From contig NW_024704772.1 in NCBI RefSeq assembly GCF_018977255.1, forward strand, positions 682,001-746,000: DNA of 64,000 nt, read 5' to 3'. How positions within the stretch are numbered: position 1 is the first letter of the stretch; every line of letters begins with the position of its first letter. Source of the DNA: Callorhinchus milii. Lineage: Eukaryota. The notes beneath the pieces were generated by a model, which searched no databases, was not told the DNA's origin, and saw nothing but the letters and a program-made list of their open reading frames with translations. The translations under genes and the position numbers were made by a program. Shown piece after piece: positions 1-14,497 of this stretch.

Positions 1-98
1 AGCCCCGAAGCCTGTGGGTCCTCGCCTCGCGCTGCTGCTCGGCTTCAGGTCGCGCGTTGACGGGTTGGCTGACGGTAGTCTCCTGATCTAAACCTCAG

Positions 99-1809
99 GT
101 TTATCATGGATCGCACGCAGAGAGGTGCCGAGGACTGCGAGGTGCTCGTCACCGTGTCCGACCTGGGGGGCCGGGCAGACGAGCTGAATAAACCCTGCTT
201 GAAGAGGCTGGGTGTCTGCCTGCGACAGATCGGGGATGAGCTGGACGGCAACGTGGAGTTGCAAAGGTAACCTCAGCCCAGTCTGCCTTGTTAAGTCACT
301 ATATCAAATGCAAGGATTGTCGTCGTTGTTATTACGATTGTTTTACACTAATCAGTCCTCAGTAGCCTGTAGCGGAGGAGGCTTCCTATCTGTACAGTGG
401 AATCCTGTAGGTTAGAGCTCTCGCCTCTCACGCGAGAGGACCTGGGTTCCCGGGCAGCAGGAATTCAAGATTCTGGGGGAGTTTAGAACTTATTACTGTT
501 TATAATCGGGGTTCTGTGGCTTCAGCCACTTGTGGATTGTCTCTTCTGTCCCAGACTCTAAGATCGACCCCTCCTGTTGTTCACTTTAAGGACCGCACTG
601 TAAACCCTGTCCCTCGACTCTCTTTGCCCACCACACACAGGATGATCAACAGGATTTCCACCAGCTGCCCCAAAGAGACCTTCTTCCAAGTGGCCAAGGA
701 GCTGTTTTCCGATGGAGTCATCAACTGGGGACGAGTGGTCACTCTCTTCTACTTTGCCTGCAAGTTCGTCGTCAAGGTGGGGCCCTGTTTCCTGTGGCTC
801 GGGGACAGTCAGTCAGAGAGCTGCCGCGTTTGCATCGTAACCCCTGCGATCTAGACTCCGTCTGGCGTGGAGGGCGCTATGTAAATGCAAGTTGTTGTTG
901 ATCTGCGAGCTGCCTTGTTACTCCCCTCTTCTCCCCCCCCCCACCGGTTGGTTTTGTACGTGTGACCAATGTCTGGCGTCTCCGTTTGACAGGCCGTGTG
1001 CCAGAAGCTCCCAGAGCTGATCCAGACCATAATCACGTGGACTCTGGAATACATCCAAGAGAATATCCTCCAGTGGATCCGGGAGCACGGTGGCTGGGTG
1101 AGTCTCGCTGTCGCTCTCACTGCGCGTTTCATTCCCGATGCTCGTGGTCTTCGTGGTTCAGTGTCGGCGCTCTCGCCTCTCCGCGTCGGACACTTTGACG
1201 TGCTCGGTGTGGGTGTCTGCAGGTTCCCGGGGCGGGACCACAAAACACACGGTCACTTTTGCAGTGTATCCGGTCAGGCGCTCTGAGACGTCACAAAGAC
1301 ACGATAAGGTGCCGTGTCAAATGCAAGGATTATTATTACGTCTTTTTCGGGGATTTTTTTTTCCTGAGCCTTATTTTCGCGTCTACAGCGGTGGGGCTTT
1401 GGAACAACAAGGAAATGTTTTTCGGTGGGAGAGAGGATAGAGAGAGACAGACGGAGGGTGAGGAGGAGAGAGTGGGCGGGAAGAGGTCAAGCCTCGTTGG
1501 GGGCCCTCTTAGTTCCCGGACCCCCCAAGCGATCGGATTTGCTGTTTGCAAAATGATCTGCCTCGTCTCTCCCCCCAACCCACACGTACGCACAAATAGT
1601 CGCTGCGCTTTGGAGAAGTCCCGAAAGGCCGTACGTCAAACACAAGGATTGTTGTTATTTGTGATGTCGAACAGGAGGATTCCGAACGTGTCTGTTCTTG
1701 TTTATCTGTTCCCCAGGATGCTATCCTCGGCACCCCGACCTGGCAGACTGTCAGCATCTTCATCCTGGGGGTCATCACTACCCTCGTGGTGGTGCGGTGG
1801 AAGTCTTAA
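99..1809 (+). CDS. bax: Apoptosis regulator BAX (5'-partial; coding exons 99-266, 641-776, 993-1097, 1717-1809)
   Basis: Four exons with AG/GT boundaries that splice in frame: FIMDRTQR...CLRQIGDELDGNVELQR (BH3), MINRISTSCPKETFFQVAKELFSDGVINWGRVVTLFYFACKFVVK (BH1 NWGR), AVCQKLPELIQ...QWIREHGGW (BH2), DAILGTPTWQTVSIFILGVITTLVVVRWKS* (TM anchor with the Bax-typical GTPTWQTV). The first exons lie before the window. Confidence 0.95.
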
Positions 1810-4457
1810 TGCGTGCGCGTGTGTGTGTGTGGCGGGGAGAACCTCAAGCGCACACCCCCCCCCCAACCGCAATGGTGAGAGGCGTGAACCTTCGTCTGCC
1901 CCCCCCTCCATCGTGACCCCTCGCAGCAGCTGAAGACGAGCTGCCAACAGCGAATTTTTCTAATCGATTTACAGCCCCAAAAGCCATCCCGATCCCGACC
2001 CTCCGCCCCTTGTTATTGCTGAGGGCAACGACGCCGGCACCTCGGCCTCCCACACACAACAGTGATGGTCCCTTTACAGGACAACCAGACAACCGTCACA
2101 GAGCCGACCTCTCTGCCGCACTCCGCCTTGCATCGGGGAGGGAGGGGTGGGTGACCACCTATTGATTGACCGTTTCTTCCCCCAGTACCTGCTGACGTGA
2201 GCAGGGTTCACTGTCTAACCTGCTGCCTTATCTCACCGCTCCTCTTGTTGGTGCCAAGGGCGCGGAGTAGGATGTCTTACTTTTATATACGAGTGTCTCT
2301 GTTGTGTGTGTGTGTGTTATTTTGTGTGTTGAGAGCGCTGCAGTAAGGAGGGGGGGGTGGGGGAGGTGCGATGGGGGAAGATGTCTGGTGCTATTGTGCT
2401 CTTATTGCCTTCCCGGCTGCCCCTCACCCTCCTCTTCCCCCCCCCCCCCCCCGCCAACCCACCAGCCCACTCAGTGCAGGGAATAAACTACAAGCTGCCT
2501 GTTTTGTTGTATGTGGTATCAACGTCAAACCGTGCCTTGGCGTCCGGGGGCGCTCGGAAGCACAGGCTCAAAGCCTCTCTCGGTGTGGGGAGGACTGAAG
2601 CCGTTTGGGGGGGAATCATCGGGGCCCACAAGAGGATTTAAAGGGACGAGGGAGGGGTGGGTTAAATGAATGGGAATGCCTCGCAAGTTGGCTTGTTTGC
2701 TGAGGGGTGGGGGGGGGGGTAGAGAGGGAGGTTCTCTGTGCCCTTTAGGTAACGACCACCTGTTTTTTTATTTTAAGAGACGATTTTTTTTGAGCGAATT
2801 TTTTTTTCTCTCTGTTGTGTCGCGGCGGAGCGAAGGGCCTGAGCTGGGGGGGAATATGGGGTGGGGGGGGAGAGCCTCAGAGAGCGAGCGTGTGTGTTTC
2901 CTCTATTGGAGGGGGGGGGGAGAGATGGGGCATAGCGCGCCCTCGTTTGTCTCTGGATGGGCGGTGGGTGGGTACACTTTTAAGAGCTACTGATGGTGAG
3001 TTGGGGGGAGCAGAGAAAATGGTAGTGTTAAATATACCTCATTTTTTAAAAAAAATTATATGCAGTATTTTGTAAACCTGTTTGTTTTTCTCTTCTCTCC
3101 CTCCCTCTCTCCCCCCCCCCCCCACACACACACACACACACACACATTCCTTGTTTGGACCCTTTGCCCCCAGGTATCGCGGGGCTGGTTGGCTGAGGGA
3201 AGCCGCGCTTTAAGAGTTCGAGCTCCGGAAACGTTAACTTAAACCTTAATCAGGTCCAAGTGGATTGACAGAAGAAGAATGAATTGATTGAACCCTAAAT
3301 CAATCATTTGATCCTATCGGGCAATGTGGCACATCCACAGTGTAGACTTGGACTCTCCCGTTAATCACAGAGCCGTGTAGGGTTTTGCCTTCGTAGGTTT
3401 TTGTAAGTACAGTGTTTTACGTTAATTCAGGGGCGAGTTCCCCTCTTATCTCATCATTTCTCTGTTTACTAACCCCCCCCCCCCCAAGTACATTATGTTG
3501 CCTTTAAAATATATAGTTGTACCGTTTCGAGTAATAGGTCTGTACTGAAATTGTGTAAACTCGTCAGTATGAGAGCGGGGCATTCCTGTGGAGCCTCCCA
3601 TCTCCCATCACACGGGAGCGTGTGCCTGTGGTACAATAAACACCCTCTTTCTCTCCCTCCCTCCCCTCGTTCCCCCGTTCTCTCTCTTCCTCCTCCTTCC
3701 TTTGCCGCTATTGCCCCACCAATGTCGCCATCAGAAGCCTTGGGGACATGTTGAATCTGGATTGTGGTATGTGCGTGTGTGTGTGTGCGTGTGTGTGTTC
3801 GTTCCCTGAGCCGTGGGTTGTGCAGCTGCCTCAGTGCCCGGTTATGTCCTCTCGTCGGGACGCACAGACGGCTGTAACTGCATCCTCCAACCCCATCGCC
3901 TTCCACCAGCCGGTGTGCGTGCGTGCGGGTGTGTGTGTGTGCGCGTGTGTGTGTGTGCGGTCGCAGTATCGTTGGGTTGTGTTTGTCTGTCTCCGGTGTG
4001 CGGGTGGGGGGTTGGATTGGATTGGGTTGGAGTGGAGGTCACTGTCTGCTCTCTCCGCGCTGCGAGGTTTGTCTCTGGTGCTGTTTGTAATAGAGTGGAG
4101 CGAGAGCCACACCGTCAATTCCGCGACACAGTCTGCCGGTCGCCGGTGCCTTCGGTGAGAGCGACGACGGGGGAAGTGAGCAGAGAGCACCGGGCACCTC
4201 ACTTTCTGCCTCTGGTTTCTGCAGAGTCGCCTCTCCTCCCCCTATATATATATATATATCCTGTGAAACGCTTTGAGATGTCGTTGTCTCGAAAACATGA
4301 TAAGGCTTTATATCAAATACAAGCATTATTAAGGATTATTACACACGGAGTGACCAAACATTAGTGATAACTACCCTGTTATCTCAAAAGAATATCCTTT
4401 GTTTAAGGCTTTATTAGACATTGTAGTGGTATCACAACTTTTCGGTCGCCCTGGGCT

Positions 4458-4494
<37 letters not shown>

Positions 4495-4910
4495 ATTTAT
4501 GGTGTCAGCGATAAAATAGCTGTGAACTGAAACTGACCAAAAAAAAGAGAGACCACTTTGTTTTAGAATGAAATGCGCGCGAAACCCCCCCCGCCCCCCC
4601 CAGCCACCCACACACACCCCAAGCCCTCTTCGAATGGTAGCTAATACAACTCATGGCAGAAACTTCCACCAGGAGTCTGGTTTCTTCAGGGTTTTATTTT
4701 AGTTGTTTGTGGGCAATAAGGAAACTCGTGCCCTGTGTTTTTATATAGACCACAAAGCGCCAGGCCAACAAAAACTTGAACGTCATCTAAGGGCTCTTTT
4801 CTACCGCGGTGAATTTCATATATTTTATGGTTTCGAGAATAAACTTGAATTGAACCAAGCGGTTTACTGTCTCATCCTGATTTTTTTTCTTCCCCTTCCT
4901 TCCTTCCTTC

Positions 4911-4943
<33 letters not shown>

Positions 4944-6446
4944 GATTGGCGTCTTTCTGCCTGTGCGGGTGGATGTTAAAGATCTCACACGACACTTTTC
5001 GAAAAGAGAAAGAGTTTCTCTCGGGGTCCCGGCTGACCATCCCCCCCCCCACCACACCCCATATAAAACCGGTCGCTCAATCCACGACTGCGTGCGGGGA
5101 CACTGCTGTGCGCAATTGGCTGCCGCGTTTTTCGCCCACAAAATACACAGTCACTGCACTCTACATCCTGCGAAGAGGCTCGAGACGTCTCAAGGGCGTG
5201 AAACATGACGAGGCGCTGTTATCAAATGCGAGGATTATTCTTAGCGACTCGGAACCGGCTGATTTTTTTCCCCACCGCGGTGAGTTTCAAACGTGTGGTT
5301 TCGCGGACAAACCTGAACCCCGTGGCTTTACTGTTATTTTGATTTATTTTTTTGGGGCTTCCTCTCTCGCACTCGCACTCCCCCCTGCGGTTGGCGTCTG
5401 CGCTCGGCACGCCGTGTGCGTGTTTGAGAGGGGAGTTATTTTTAATAGTAAGGGTTGGTGTGAACTCCCAGAATCCGCCTGGAATTCAGCTCTGGTCTGA
5501 TTTCTCCCCTCACCCCCCCCGCACCCTTCCTCGGGTCTGTTCTCCGTCTTGTTGTGTGAACCGCCCTTTCAGTTCTGCAAGGTTCGTTACATACATGAGC
5601 GAGAGAAAGAAAGAGAGAGAGAGAGAGAGAGCAAGGCAGGAGGGGTGGAGGCTTGTGTGGTGAATTAAACAGCGGCAGGCAAATTGGATTGAGCCGCCTG
5701 TTTCTGTGTCCCTGCGCCTGGAGTCGTCCGATTCGCCCCCATCTCGCTTTTGTAATCACAACCGTCCTTGCCTTTCGCACACGTCCCAAGATGACGTCTC
5801 AAAGGTGCTTGAGGGGATTAATCAAAATAATAATAATAATCCTGGCATTTGATACGGCGCCTTATCACCTCTTCGAGACGTCTCAAAGCGCTTCACGGGA
5901 TACGCCGTAAAGTGAAGGCACTGTTTTTGTGGGCCAGGTCCATCTCTGGTAAAATCACGGTGCCTTTTGTTGTGTGCTTTACCAGTCTCGTTTTTTTTTT
6001 AGGGTAACCTTCGGTTCGAGACTCTTGCGATGCCTGGCGGACAAAGTCCTCAACTGTCAGGGGGATGGGGTGGTGTGGACCGAGAGAGACATTGACCCCA
6101 CGACTTTGCAGGCCAGTTTGCTATCGCCTGAGCCAGGCTGTCCCATTCCTGCTCCTGTTTAAAAAGCGGGGAAAGGGTTACTGATCTGCAGGCGTTAATT
6201 ATTTTTTCACTCCTCCCCCTCCCCGAGGGCTTTCGTCTGGATTCTTTTGTTGGATGATGACGGTCCCTGTTGACAGCGGGTGTGTGCTGCCCATTCAGTC
6301 CAGTCCTGCCGTTCAGCACAATAGGACTCTTCGAGAGGGCCATATATATCACCCGTGAGCGAGCGAGTAAGTGAGACGCTGTTTATTTTTAGATCGCTTG
6401 GTTTCCCGTTCGCAGTCTCAAAACTTACTTGAACCCTTCTCTCTTT

Positions 6447-6477
<31 letters not shown>

Positions 6478-9172
6478 GATTGTGGAGTCCCAGTATCTTT
6501 AGTGGATCGAGCACTCGCCTGGCGGGTGAGAGGATTCGGTTTCGATTCCCGTCCGGGCAGGGCGAAATGTTGGGACAAGTTTCCTTAACCCACAACACAC
6601 TTTACTTAGCAGTAAGTAGGAACCCGGTTGTTAGTCGATTGCCAGGATCACTTTGCCGGGGGGGGGAGGGAGGTGATAATCCCTTAAAAATTATAATAAT
6701 AATAATACTAATCTGGTGTGTGTTATTAATTAGCTGCTGCGGTTCTGTGCGTGTCAGACACTCTCTCTCTCACAGTGATTTGTGTAAGGTTATTTAGGGT
6801 TTAGCGAGTTAGTGATCTGATGGCATTTTAATGTAATGTGGAGTTGGCTTGATGCCTTGAATGCTCTCCTGTTGCTATGTTCATCCAAGTACCTCTTTGT
6901 GTGTGTGTGTGTGGAGGGGGGGGGGGGTCCCATTTACATTGGCCCATCATTCGGAAGAGACATTAAACCGTCTGCTTGTTCAGGTGGACATTAAACAACA
7001 ACAACAACAACAAGATTCCATTTATAAAGCGCCTTTCACGTCAGGAGGACGACCCAAGGCGCTGAAAAGATTAAAGATCTCCCACGGGGCTAATTGAAAA
7101 GAGAAAGGAGTTTCTCTTCCGGTGTCGTGGCCAACGATCCCCTAATATAACTCGCTCCACGACTGTTTGTGGGCACGTCGCTGGGAGCAATTGTTCCGCC
7201 GCGTTTTGCCTACAAAACACACACAGCCACTGCACTGGACAGTGTATCCTGTGAAGCGCTTTGAGACGTCCCGACGATGTGATAAGGCGCTGTGTGAAAT
7301 GCGAGGATTGCAGTTATTGATCTTTAACCCGTAAGGGAAGTGCACAGTACAGTAATCGCAGCGAGATTAACCATCGGAACATCGGGCCCCCCCCACCCCC
7401 CCCCTTAAAGGCGTGACTTATGTTCGTAGGGTGCCTGTTGCCAAAGGAATGTCTCTCTGAACTGTGTTCCTCCCGACGTGAACCCCACACAGACACACAC
7501 GCATCCTCTCCATCTCTCCCTGGCAAGTTGTTGTTGGAACGTAACAACACAAGCACTTGCCGGGCGAAACAAGACCAAGGTCCGTCCAGTTCGCCTTCAC
7601 CATCCCACGTGTCGTGTCCCAAACTATACGCTGGTACCCGTAAGAACATAAGGTGTTGCTTTGCTCCGCTGTACAGAGCTCCGAGACATTGCCCTGCGCT
7701 GCAAGTTGTTGTGCCTGAAGACTTTCCTGTTTGACTTGTGCCCATCGCAGTCACCTCCGTCACTCTCTCCAACTCCCCCCACCCCCCGGCTCGGTGCTGC
7801 TGCTGCTGTTGTAAAAGCTGCCGCTGCTTTGTTAACGGTTGTTTATCATTCGGATTCTCGGCAGCAGAGAAACCGGTCTGTGCACCGGGAACGGGTGTCG
7901 GTTTTCCCAAACGTCACAGCTACGGTCTCCAAAGAATGTTGGATTGTGGGCGTTGACACATTCACGACGTCACTCTTACAGTCGGGTGACTATTAACCTT
8001 TGGGGTTCCTCTTTGGGGAGTTATTATCTGTCGGTGTGTTTTGCGGGCGAAACGAAGCAGCCGATAGCACACGGCAGGGGACCCCCGCCGGCAGCCGCGG
8101 ATTGAAAGTGACCGTTTTCAAATAAATAAGTAAATAACTGAATGAATAAATTAAATTTAAAAAAAATTCAAAACAAAATTGTTCGGAGGGATGATTGCAC
8201 TCGAAAAGCCATCCGCCAACCGACTTAACAACCAGCAATTGACCAATGAGGAAACCTGCCGGGGCTCAAAAGTTCTTGTGTCCAAAAATTTGATTTGTTT
8301 AATATATTAATGATAATAATCCTTGCATTTGATCGAGCGCCTTGTCAGGTCTTCGGGACGTCTCAAAGCGCTTCACGGGATGCACTGTAAAGTGAGTTGA
8401 CTGCATGTTTTGCGGGCGAAACGTATACAGTAAAATAACTCCCGGTAAATTTGATGGAAGGGTTTATTTTCGTACGGACGTTTCATATCAAAAGGGGGCA
8501 AAGCCCCGGTGAATGATTGGCATGTAGTGTGTAGTGTGGAGCCCCGAGAGAGAAGAGGGTTCAATCCCCACAGTGAAGGGAAGGATCTGTGGACAGATAT
8601 TCCCCCCTCGCCCCCACCCCCGGGGTTTAGATTTACATTGAACCGTGATGAGCAAGGAAGACTTAGCACAAACAGTCTGTGCCGGTGTTTGTACTCCACA
8701 TGAGACCCTCACCCCCTCCCCTAATATTCCCCTCTCCTTTTCCATCACATTTCCTCTTAAGTACTTTTGCTTGAATCACAGCTTCCAGCAGAGAGATCCA
8801 CCTTCTCGTGGCCTCTGTGTATGTGTGTGAAGAAGTTCCTCCTAATCTCCCTGTTATACTGTAACCGTCTGTTTTATATCTCACTGGCACTCATTCACTC
8901 TCTCTGTCTCTCTCATACGCACAGACGGACAGACACACAGACCCACACACACACTCATTCTCACTGACACACACACTCATTCACTCGTGCGCACACAGTC
9001 AAACAGATGGACACACAAACACTCATTCACAAACACATACACAGTCACATAGATGGACACACACACACTCATTCACACACACAGACACACAGTCACATAG
9101 ATGGACACACACACACACTCATTCATAAACACACAAACACGCAGTCACATAGATGGACACACACACACACAG

Positions 9173-11530
<2,358 letters not shown>

Positions 11531-13282
11531 CCCAGGGGCCTATGGAGAGGTTGGAAATAATAATAATAATAACAACATAATAATAGAAATAATAATCCTG
11601 ACACAGCGCCTCATCGCGTCCTCGAGTCGTCTCAAAGCGCTTCGCAGAAGATGCTGTACACTGCAGTGACTGTGCATTTTGTGGGCGAAACGCGGTGGCC
11701 GATTGCGCCCCGCGACGTCCCCACAAACAGCCGTGGATTGAAGTGACCGCATTATTATTTATTTATTACATTTATTTTTGTTTAGACGGGATTATTACCA
11801 CCGGGGAAAGCGATCTGCCAATCGACCAACAACCGGGTGCCTACTGAGCGCCAGGTTCCTCCCGACGTGAAAGGCGCTCTATAAATGTCATTTTGTCGCC
11901 GTTGTTGTTGAGTAAACAGCGACGCGTGAGTTTGTGGAGTCAGGAAATTTGTCCGCGATGCGAAACAATACAAAATTACATTTGCGTAGCGCCTTTCACA
12001 CCAGGAGGAAGGTTTCTCCCTGCCCGGGAATCGAACCCAGGTCCTCTGGCTTGCTATATAAGTGCAAGTTGTTGTTGTTGTTGGGCCCCCACCCCCCCCC
12101 AGCTCCATGAACTCCCTGGATAGTCCCACTGACCTCCCGGTGGCTGACCTGTGTGCTCTCTCTGGCTGTCTCTGAGGCTTGCGAGTGCTCCAAATCGCTC
12201 TCTCTGTCCCACCAGTAAAATCGTTCCATTTCGTGTCCTTGTTCGCTTCCCCCTCTCTCTCCATCCCTCCCTCCCTCCCGCTCTCTTCGCTCTCTCTCTC
12301 TCTCTCTCTCTCACACACTCACACAATCCTTTCTCCCTTCTCTTCTCTTCTACCGTTCGCCTCAATTACTCCTTGCGGTACACCAGTCTCTGAGTAAAGA
12401 AGTTCCTTCTGACTTCCCTATTTGATTTTTTGGTGACCATTTGATACCTTTGGCCCCCGGGGTTGGGCTCCCCCACAAGTGGAAACATCCTCTCTGTGTC
12501 TACCCTACTTCGCTCTCTCTCTCTCTCTCTCGCTCTCTCACTCCCTCCCTCTCAACACGTCAATACAGCGTCCTTGTTTGCCTCAATCTCTCGCTCCCAC
12601 TCTTCTCTTACTCTCTCTCGCACACTCCTTTGTCTCTTTCCTCCCTCTCTTTCTCTCTCTCTCTCCTCTCTCTCACACACATACGTACTCTTTCGCACCT
12701 GCTCGCTCTCTCTCACACTCCTTTCCCTCTCTGTCTCCCCCCCTCTCACTTTCTCTCTCTCTATCTCCGAGTGTCAGAGGGTCGAAGGCTGTCCTACCTC
12801 TGTGGTCTGGGCTCCCTGGCTGATCCGTGCTGAGCTGTGATAGCCAGCAGTACTGTCTCGCTGTTAAGTCACTGGGAACCACCCTCCTCCGCGCCCTGAT
12901 TGGAAACACAGCCGTGCAATGGTGTCATTCCATTGCACAATGTGGTTGCCATTTTTATCAGCTGAGTCCAGGCAGGTGGGTGGGGGGGGGGAGAGGAGAG
13001 TCACCCAGACTCTCGTCACACGCACAAACACAGTATTCCTGGAAAAGGACAAAACATTAATCTCAGCCGTACAGAGAAACTACATAGAGCAAAGAAGCTT
13101 CCGAAACCAGCGATGGCTGTCAACCCGATCCCCGTCACCTCGGTTATATATCAAACCCACACTTCACGTTGGCTGGCGGGGAGGGTGGGCGGGTGGGCGG
13201 GATGAACCCTTTCACTGGGTTTCACTGTCCAGAGCAGATTAATCCTTTGATCCAGAAACAACAACATAACATACCATAACAT

Positions 13283-13770
13283 GTAGGAGCAGGAGGAGGC
13301 CATTCGGCCCTTCGAGCCTCTGCCCCGCCTTTCAATCGTGGCTGATCTTCTAATCTAACTCCGGCTCATAACCTGACCCTGCCTTATCCCCATGTCCCCC
13401 ACCCCAGCCTCCCCCCACTCCCCAGCCTCCACCCCGCCCCTGCCTTATCCCCATATCCCCCACCCCAGCCTCCCCCCACTCCCCAGCCTCCACCCCGCCC
13501 CTGCCTTATCCCCATAACTCTTCATCCCTTTTGCAATAAGAAATCTATCTCTCTCAGTCTTGCATATGTTCAAGAACTGAGCGTCAACAGCCCTTTGGGG
13601 TAGTGAGTTCCATACATTCACCCCTTTGAGTGAAGAAGTTCTTCCTCAACTCAGTGCGAAAGGGTTGGCCTCTGATTTTTAAGGTTGTGACCCCCGGTTT
13701 TAGTTTCTCCAACCGGGGGACACAATCTCCCACTATCCACTCTATGCCCTTTGATGAGCTTATAGGTTTC
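13283..13770 (-). mobile_element. CR1-type LINE 3' fragment containing a ~61-bp internal tandem duplication (13376-13515)
   Basis: Begins ggagcaggaggaggccattcggccc, a CR1-like 3' end that recurs near 9960-10010, 20376, 25425 and 36335-36460. Also contains the recurring gtgaagaagttcttcct segment. Confidence 0.55.
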
Positions 13771-13797
13771 TATACATTACTTTCTATACATTTCTAT

Positions 13798-13860
13798 GCA
13801 TTACTTCATTGCCGGGGAGGGACGAGATGGAGTGTCCATTGTGGGGGAACGTGTATTCCA
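13798..13860 (+). pseudogene. Degenerate partial copy of the first zinc-finger exon
   Basis: About 63 bp with roughly 6 differences from 14469-14531. The acceptor AG has become GG (ttgccggg vs ttgccagg), CPLC has become CPLW, and the copy ends at an (AAC)n LINE tail. Confidence 0.8.
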
Positions 13861-14290
13861 ACAACAACAACGACATTACATGTGTAAAGGCCTTTCACAT
13901 CAGGAGGACGTCCCAAGGCGCTGGACAGACAGAGCTGGGGGTCAGGGTGGAGGGCAGAGGGCAGGGGGGGAAGCAGGGAGATCGAAAGCATGGTCGAAGA
14001 GGAGCTTCTTGAGAGGGGTCTTGAAGGTGGCGAGGGAGGGGGCGAGGCGGAGGGACTGCGGGATGGAGTTCCAGAGGGCGGGGGCAGAGTGGGCAGAAGG
14101 CCCCGCCCGCCGATAGTGGGGCGAGCGAGGAGGTGGGGGGGGGGGTAGTGAAGCAGGCCGGTGCCCGCTGAGCGGAGGGAGCAAACGGGGTGGTAGGGGG
14201 TTAGGAGGTCCCAGAGGTGGGGTGGGGTGGGGTGGTGGGGGGCTGGGGGCGGGGGGAGCAAGATCGTGGAGGGGCTTTGACGGTGAGGAT
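13858..14290 (-). mobile_element. L2-clade LINE 3' fragment
   Basis: Minus-strand translation HSAPALWNSIPQSLRLAPSLATFKTPLKKLLFDHAF resembles the C-terminus of L2 ORF2. It is followed by a 3' tail gggacgtcctcctgatgtgaaaggc...(GTT)n. Related fragments occur near 22350-22520 and 60440-60660. Confidence 0.7.
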
Positions 14291-14497
14291 CAGGATCTTG
14301 AACTGTCTCCTCCTGTTGTGCCATTGTGGCCAAGATTAACCCTTTCACTCACCGCTTCCAGGTTTAGTTAGTAAAATTAGGAGAGATTAACCGTTTCGTT
14401 CAGATTCTTCCTCATATTTGACAGACGGACGGACAGGGCTGGGAGTCCTGAAGACGTGATCGGTCGTGGCATTGCTTCATTGCCAGGGAGGGACGGG

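Noticed and set aside
1810-6450. Unique-looking sequence downstream of bax with several AATAAA sites and short ORFs
   Set aside because: No recognisable protein or consistent exon chain; probably bax 3' UTR and intergenic DNA, which cannot be resolved without transcripts.
7561-7640. tag|tttggg (FG...) on the minus strand as a possible last cda exon
   Set aside because: Part of a repeat that recurs at ~22727-22800; the true last exon is 9304-9173.
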